Source: Nitrospirota bacterium
Lineage (GTDB): Bacteria; Nitrospirota; UBA9217
Assembly: GCA_963751455.1 (NCBI GenBank)
Contig: CAVVUN010000009.1
Coordinates: 288,001 to 352,000 of the forward strand
Reading direction: 5' to 3'
DNA length: 64,000 nt
Shown here: positions 59,168-64,000 of the stretch, one piece after another
Layout: each line of letters begins with the position of its first letter
Numbering within the stretch: position 1 is the stretch's first letter
The notes under the pieces: model-generated
Databases searched by the model: none
What the model was told of the DNA's origin: nothing
Seen by the model: the letters and a program-made list of their open reading frames with translations, nothing else
Position numbers and translations under genes: made by a program

Positions 59168-60941
59168 GCACGAGTCACTTGCCAAACTCCTGCCCGAGAT
59201 TGAAGTGCCTGATGGAGACCGTGAAACGCCGGCGCCTGTTTCGCGCTCGGCAACGGTGTTCAATATAGTTCTTATCGTCGGAGCTGCCGCTCTCCTGGCC
59301 GCCGTTCTCCTCCTCCCCAAATTCCGTTTTCTTCAAAAAGGCGATACCGCATCCCGGACGATTACTGCTCCGTATACGATCAATATCGAATACCAGGGGC
59401 CTGATATGACTCTTCTTTCCTACAAAATCAGCCGGGGAGAAGTCATAGTCGAGGCGGGCCAGCGGGTCACGGAAAAAGCGTACCGGGTACTTGAAGAGAT
59501 GTCGAGGAGGGAAGGGATCGGAATACGCCGGAATGCCTACATGGGGCTTTCTCTTGTGATCCTGCTTTTCTTTTACCTCATGTATCGCGATATCAAGCGC
59601 TATCGTCCCACTCTCATTGCTGATTCGAAAAAAATGTTCCTGTTGGTTATTCTGCTGGTCGTTACGGTCGTTATTTCGCAGTTTTCAAAATATGTATTAT
59701 CGTTCGCAGCCGACCAGCTGGCCCTGGATGCGGTCACCATAGGCTTTGCTCTGCCGGTTTCGGCGGGAGCCATGCTGGTCTGCCTTCTGCTGGATTTTCA
59801 TCTGGCGCTTTCGTTCTCCTTCGTGGTCAGCGTCCTGCTCGGAATCCTGTATCAGGGAGATCCATTCATACCGATATACTATTTTCTCGGCAGCATAACT
59901 GCGGCACTCTCTGTCATACACTGCAAAAAAAGAACCGCGGTGCTCAGGGCGAGCGCTTTGATCGGCCTGGTCAATATCATATCGATCACCGGTATCGACC
60001 TCTTCAAAGGGGAACTGGCAAGCCGTGGAATTTACGATCTCGCTTCAGGGATTTTCAGCGTCCTCATGGTATCGATGGTAGTGTCCGTGCTGCTTCCGTT
60101 TTTCGAAACGATTTTCGACATCGCTACCGACATCAAGCTGCTTGAACTTCTTGACCCCAATCAGCCACTCCTGAAAGAGCTGGTGTACAAGAGTCCCGGA
60201 ACTTATCACCACAGCATCGTCATAGGCAACCTGGCCGAAGCAGCAGCCGAAGCAATCGGCGAAAACCCCATTCTCGCACGGGTCGGGGCCTATTACCATG
60301 ATGTCGGAAAGATACGCAAACCGGAGTATTTTATCGAAAACCAGCGGGCATTCGAAAATAAACACGATCGATTAACGCCTTCCATGAGCAGTCTCATAAT
60401 CTCTTCCCATGTAAAAGACGGTGTTGAAATAGCACGTGCACAAAGACTTCCCCCTGCAGTTATAGACATTATCCGGCAGCATCATGGCACGGCGCTTATC
60501 TCCTATTTTTTTCAGAAGGCCAGGGATCTGCAGCCACTCATAAAAATAGCCGAAGAGGACTACCGGTACCCAGGTCCCAGGCCCAGAACAAAGGTTGCTG
60601 CTATCGTCATGCTGGCTGATTCCGTTGAAGCTGCTTCAAGGACCGTAGGCAATCCAACGCCCGACAGAATCCAGGCCTTGACGAACAGCGTCATCACCCG
60701 GATTTTCCTGGATGACCAGTTGGGAAAGTGTGACCTTACGCTGAAGGACCTTCGCGATATCGCCCGAAGCTTTAATCTCGTCCTCGGCGGTATTTTCCAT
60801 CAACGCATAGACTACCCCGGGATAGATTTTTTCGGAGAAAAAAAACGGCGTGAAAATCAGGATAAAAAGCAGTCTCAGGAAACCAAGGCCGGAAACGGCA
60901 GCAGTCGAAAAAAAGATCACCAAATTGCTGCGGATCCTTGA
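59157..60941 (+). CDS. 7TM-HD phosphohydrolase (PgpH-like)
   Basis: Multi-TM region, PGTYHHS, YYHDVGK, QHHGT, YPGPRP, LADSVEAA. Confidence 0.9.
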   Translation: MSPKHESLAKLLPEIEVPDGDRETPAPVSRSATVFNIVLIVGAAALLAAVLLLPKFRFLQKGDTASRTITAPYTINIEYQGPDMTLLSYKISRGEVIVEAGQRVTEKAYRVLEEMSRREGIGIRRNAYMGLSLVILLFFYLMYRDIKRYRPTLIADSKKMFLLVILLVVTVVISQFSKYVLSFAADQLALDAVTIGFALPVSAGAMLVCLLLDFHLALSFSFVVSVLLGILYQGDPFIPIYYFLGSITAALSVIHCKKRTAVLRASALIGLVNIISITGIDLFKGELASRGIYDLASGIFSVLMVSMVVSVLLPFFETIFDIATDIKLLELLDPNQPLLKELVYKSPGTYHHSIVIGNLAEAAAEAIGENPILARVGAYYHDVGKIRKPEYFIENQRAFENKHDRLTPSMSSLIISSHVKDGVEIARAQRLPPAVIDIIRQHHGTALISYFFQKARDLQPLIKIAEEDYRYPGPRPRTKVAAIVMLADSVEAASRTVGNPTPDRIQALTNSVITRIFLDDQLGKCDLTLKDLRDIARSFNLVLGGIFHQRIDYPGIDFFGEKKRRENQDKKQSQETKAGNGSSRKKDHQIAADP

Positions 60942-61287
60942 TCTCGGACACGCCGAATTGAGCGTCCTGTTTCTGGGGGACCGGGCAATGCGTTCTTTAA
61001 ACCGGAGATACCGGGGCAAGGATGCAACAACCGATGTGCTTTCATTTCCGCTGCGTGAAGGAACATTTCCCCATATCCAGCCCCATGTACTCGGCGATAT
61101 CGTCATTTCCGTTCCGACAGCGGAGCGGTACGCCGCCAAAGCCGGCCATTCGCTCGGCCGGGAAATAGAAATACTGACAGTGCATGCACTTCTCCACCTT
61201 CTCGGCTATGACCATGAACAGGGGAGGGATGAAACGCAGCGAATGGAGCGCCGGGAACGTCAATTGCTGAAAAGGCTGACTTCATGA
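60850..61287 (+). CDS. ybeY: rRNA maturation RNase
   Basis: LNRRYRGKD..TDVLSF, LGDIVI, HALLHLLGYDH. Confidence 0.95.
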   Translation: MKIRIKSSLRKPRPETAAVEKKITKLLRILDLGHAELSVLFLGDRAMRSLNRRYRGKDATTDVLSFPLREGTFPHIQPHVLGDIVISVPTAERYAAKAGHSLGREIEILTVHALLHLLGYDHEQGRDETQRMERRERQLLKRLTS

Positions 61288-61985
61288 AACCGAAAACATG
61301 GACCGAGAGCGCGAATGTAGCCATAGAGGGAATCATCTATTCCGTCAGGACGCAGCGCCACATGCGGTATCATATGTTCACGGCCCTTGCCGCGCTCATT
61401 GTCAGCCTGCTCCTTGATATATCGAGAACGGATTTTATTCTGCTTTGTGTCGCCATTATTCTGGTAATGACGACCGAGATGCTGAACACGGCCATCGAGG
61501 TCATCGTTGACATGATAGCGGATACCTACCATCCGCTCGGTAAAATCGCCAAGGACATCGGTGCCGGTGTGGTTCTTATCGCATCGATCGGTGCGCTCAC
61601 TCTTGCATATTTTATTCTGTACCCTGCACTCAAAAACACTATTGCAAAAGGCGTGTGGAGGATACAGAAGACCCAGGACGACATAGTGGCCTTCGTTTCA
61701 TTGGCGGTCGTCGTCATTGTAGTTGTCATTATCAAGGCAATCTTAGGCAAAGGCGAACCGCTCCGCGGCGGCATGCCGAGCGGGCATGCCGCTGTTTCTT
61801 TTTCAATATGGGTGGCGGCCATTTATCTGACCCACTCCGTTCCTGCAGGTATTTTGACGTTTCTCCTCGCTGTTATGGTAAGCTGGAGCAGGTGGTCATC
61901 CGGCATTCACCGCCCGCTCGAAGTGCTCTTCGGGGCAGTCCTGGGCTCGGGCTTGACAATGATCTTGTTCTGGTTGTTTACGTAA
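61284..61985 (+). CDS. dgkA: Diacylglycerol/undecaprenol kinase fused to a PAP2 domain
   Basis: EMLNTAIE..VD, KIAKD.GAG; C-terminal GMPSGH and SR....H. Confidence 0.88.
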   Translation: MKPKTWTESANVAIEGIIYSVRTQRHMRYHMFTALAALIVSLLLDISRTDFILLCVAIILVMTTEMLNTAIEVIVDMIADTYHPLGKIAKDIGAGVVLIASIGALTLAYFILYPALKNTIAKGVWRIQKTQDDIVAFVSLAVVVIVVVIIKAILGKGEPLRGGMPSGHAAVSFSIWVAAIYLTHSVPAGILTFLLAVMVSWSRWSSGIHRPLEVLFGAVLGSGLTMILFWLFT

Positions 61986-62116
61986 CCCTTGATTCCCATC
62001 TCCTGTTCTCAAAGGAGATGGTACGATAAGGGATTTCGTTTTTCGTACACTGGTCGCACACGTTTTTTGCGCCTTGCATAACCGCAGGCCTGAGCTTATA
62101 ACTATCAGGAGGAGCA

Positions 62117-62470
62117 TTGCTTAACCGCATATTAGAGGATCTTTTGGGTTCTGTCGACGGCGCAAAAGCTGCTATTTTCCTTGACAATGACGGAGAAGCG
62201 ATAGCTCAGGCAGGTGATGCCACGGGTGATATGAAGCTTTTGGGAGCATGGAAGGAAATCCATCTGGATCACATAAAGGAAATAAGCGGTCGCCTTGGAA
62301 TGGGGAACGTTCAGGCTGTTCTGTTCTCGCTGGAACATGGCAACGAACTGATTGCACCCGTTGCCGGCGAATATTCCCTGCTGCTCTTCCTGTCGACATT
62401 CGCAAACATTCATTCTGCAATGAAAGCCTTGAAAATTGCGATAGAACTTCTGAAAAAAGATATTGAGTAG
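62117..62470 (+). CDS. Roadblock/LC7 domain protein
   Basis: V.GAKAAIFL..DGE.I pattern; TTG start with SD AGGAGG. Confidence 0.75.
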   Translation: MLNRILEDLLGSVDGAKAAIFLDNDGEAIAQAGDATGDMKLLGAWKEIHLDHIKEISGRLGMGNVQAVLFSLEHGNELIAPVAGEYSLLLFLSTFANIHSAMKALKIAIELLKKDIE

Positions 62471-62549
62471 TGATGCACTCGCAATCTCTTTATAATTTAT
62501 AATACGTTTAAGCTACTTGAGGTCTTCAGGCGGTTATGTGGTTGGCAGG

Positions 62550-63509
62550 TCAAATCTGGTCGAACATTCCCAGTTTTCTGAATTTTTGATACCGGTTTTG
62601 AATAAGGTCGGCAGATGATACATTTTTTATCTCGCTTAAATTCCTGACTATCGCCTCTTTCAAAAGTTCTGCAGCTCTCCGCGGATCACGATGCGCTCCG
62701 CCAATAGGTTCTTCCACCATTTCGTCTATCACATTCATTTGAAAAAGGTCCTGGGCCGTTATTTTAAGAAGGTCCGCAGCCTCATTCGCTTTTGCGCCGT
62801 TGTTCCATAGAATAGCAGCGCAACCCTCCGGTGAAATAACCGAATAGGTTGCGTGTTCCAGCATGAGGACCTTGTCCGCGACGCCGAGCGCAAGCGCTCC
62901 ACCGCTTCCGCCTTCACCGATAACAACCGATACGATAGGTACCTTGAGCGTTGACATGACGTATAAGTTCCGCGCAATCGATTCCCCTTGGCCCCTTTCC
63001 TCGGCGCCGATGCCCGGATAAGCGCCCTGAGTATCAATAAACGTGACAATCGGTTTATTAAATTTCTCGGCAAATTGCATGATGCGGAGGGCTTTGCGAT
63101 AACCCTCAGGATTCGGCTGTCCGAAATTCCGGAACATCCGCTCCTTTAGGGTTCTTCCTTTTTGATGGCCGATGATGACCAACGGCATGCCGTCAAGCCG
63201 CGCCATTCCGCAAACAATAGCCGGGTCGTCAGCGTAACCACGGTCGCCGTGCATCTCGGTGAATTCGGTAAGCATCGCTTCTATATAGTCGAGGCTGTAA
63301 GGGCGGTTGGGATGGCGTGAAATCTGAACCTTCTGCCAGGGTGTAAGGCGGGAATATATCTCCGAACGCAGCTGGTCTGCTTTCTTGTGAAGCTTCAGTA
63401 TCTCTTCTTCCAAATCAAGGTTGCCGTTGGAAGTGAAGAGTGTAAGTTCTTCAATCTTTTTTTCAAGATCCGCGATGGGTTTTTCAAATTCGAGGTATTC
63501 GGGCGGCAA
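62550..63509 (-). CDS. accA: Acetyl-CoA carboxylase carboxyltransferase alpha subunit
   Basis: LEFEKPI, RHPNRP, PEGYRKA, AEERGQ, GEGGSGGALA, YSVISPEG. Confidence 0.97.
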   Translation of the reverse strand: MPPEYLEFEKPIADLEKKIEELTLFTSNGNLDLEEEILKLHKKADQLRSEIYSRLTPWQKVQISRHPNRPYSLDYIEAMLTEFTEMHGDRGYADDPAIVCGMARLDGMPLVIIGHQKGRTLKERMFRNFGQPNPEGYRKALRIMQFAEKFNKPIVTFIDTQGAYPGIGAEERGQGESIARNLYVMSTLKVPIVSVVIGEGGSGGALALGVADKVLMLEHATYSVISPEGCAAILWNNGAKANEAADLLKITAQDLFQMNVIDEMVEEPIGGAHRDPRRAAELLKEAIVRNLSEIKNVSSADLIQNRYQKFRKLGMFDQI

Positions 63510-63777
63510 GAGTTACTCCTGGATATGGCTGTTTAGTTTAAAACTAAAGACTTACTTCGAAATAACATTTTAGAAAACTGGTATTTCTGAAGCGCCCATT
63601 ATCGGATATTGACTAAGTATTGTCAAGGATTTGTTGGGAAACCACCTGTTTCATGCTGGTGAAAATAGCTTTTTGCCCCACTGAGACAAGAAAATGGAGG
63701 GTTGAAGAACTCTTGTAGAAGAGGTCTGCATTGAGCCGGGACATCCAGTCGCTTCTATAGTTGTGAGTTGAGATTTA

Positions 63778-64000
63778 TGGTACGGTTGAGCGGGATCCCA
63801 CGCGATTCTTCTTTCGGTCGTTCATCCCGAATGGTAAGTCGGAAAGTTGTCGGTTATGAATGAGATGGCGCCGCTGACCGGAATCTCACGCGCTTCGCTT
63901 CCACAGGGGGCCTGCCCCCTATGGCGTCACGTTCCGCGTGACTGTGACCCCGAAAGCATGGGGGAACCTTTCCCCCATACCCCTTTTTCGATTCTTCTTT
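63778..64000. repeat. Two degenerate direct repeats resembling tRNA 3' ends (minus strand); the second is interrupted by a 98-bp palindromic insert
   Basis: 63778-63814 aligns with 63866-63892 + 63991-64000 at 30 of 37 positions. Confidence 0.55.

Noticed and set aside
63866-64000. Intact tRNA or tRNA with a T-loop intron
   Set aside because: Only about 20 nt are tRNA-like; the insert is short, palindromic and lacks group I core motifs.

Overview
Bacterial chromosomal window of moderate GC. Gene content (futalosine menaquinone genes, Geobacter-like pilA locus, BioW-type biotin operon) suggests an anaerobic Nitrospirota- or Desulfobacterota-type organism; this is inference. 1-4.7 kb is an accessory zone on the minus strand: an integrase-less string of attC-like sites carrying a lipoprotein cassette and a HEPN cassette, an IS1182 inserted at an attC core, an IS91 remnant, a MITE and two Crp/Fnr-type promoters. 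4.7-10.8 kb holds a hybrid kinase, a cytochrome c/CopD/cytochrome b5 fusion, prmA and rplU-rpmA-obgE. 10.8-37.3 kb is a surface-glycan cluster: GT9/GT2/GT4 genes, gmd-fcl, rfbF-rfbG-rfbH with NeuB-like, ThDP, SDR and AroB-like enzymes, GtrB/GtrA/GT-C, manC-manB. 37.4-49.2 kb holds a BirA-regulated bio operon, DUF62-miaB-mtaB, an AT-rich spacer with DnaA-like boxes and mqnC/mqnE. 49.3-54.6 kb holds sigma54-driven pilA, a pilGHI/xap-like ABC module and a GGDEF protein with the Asp-to-Ser Hypr signature. The rest is housekeeping (PBP1A, SOD, cobO, phoH-HD-ybeY-dgkA, accA). The best candidates for novelty are (1) a seemingly complete pathway to a caryophyllose-type long-branched CDP-sugar and (2) a predicted 3',3'-cGAMP synthase next to an unsplit Geobacter-type pilin locus. 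No rRNA, intact tRNA or CRISPR array was seen. All family calls come from motif recognition by eye, not from database searches.
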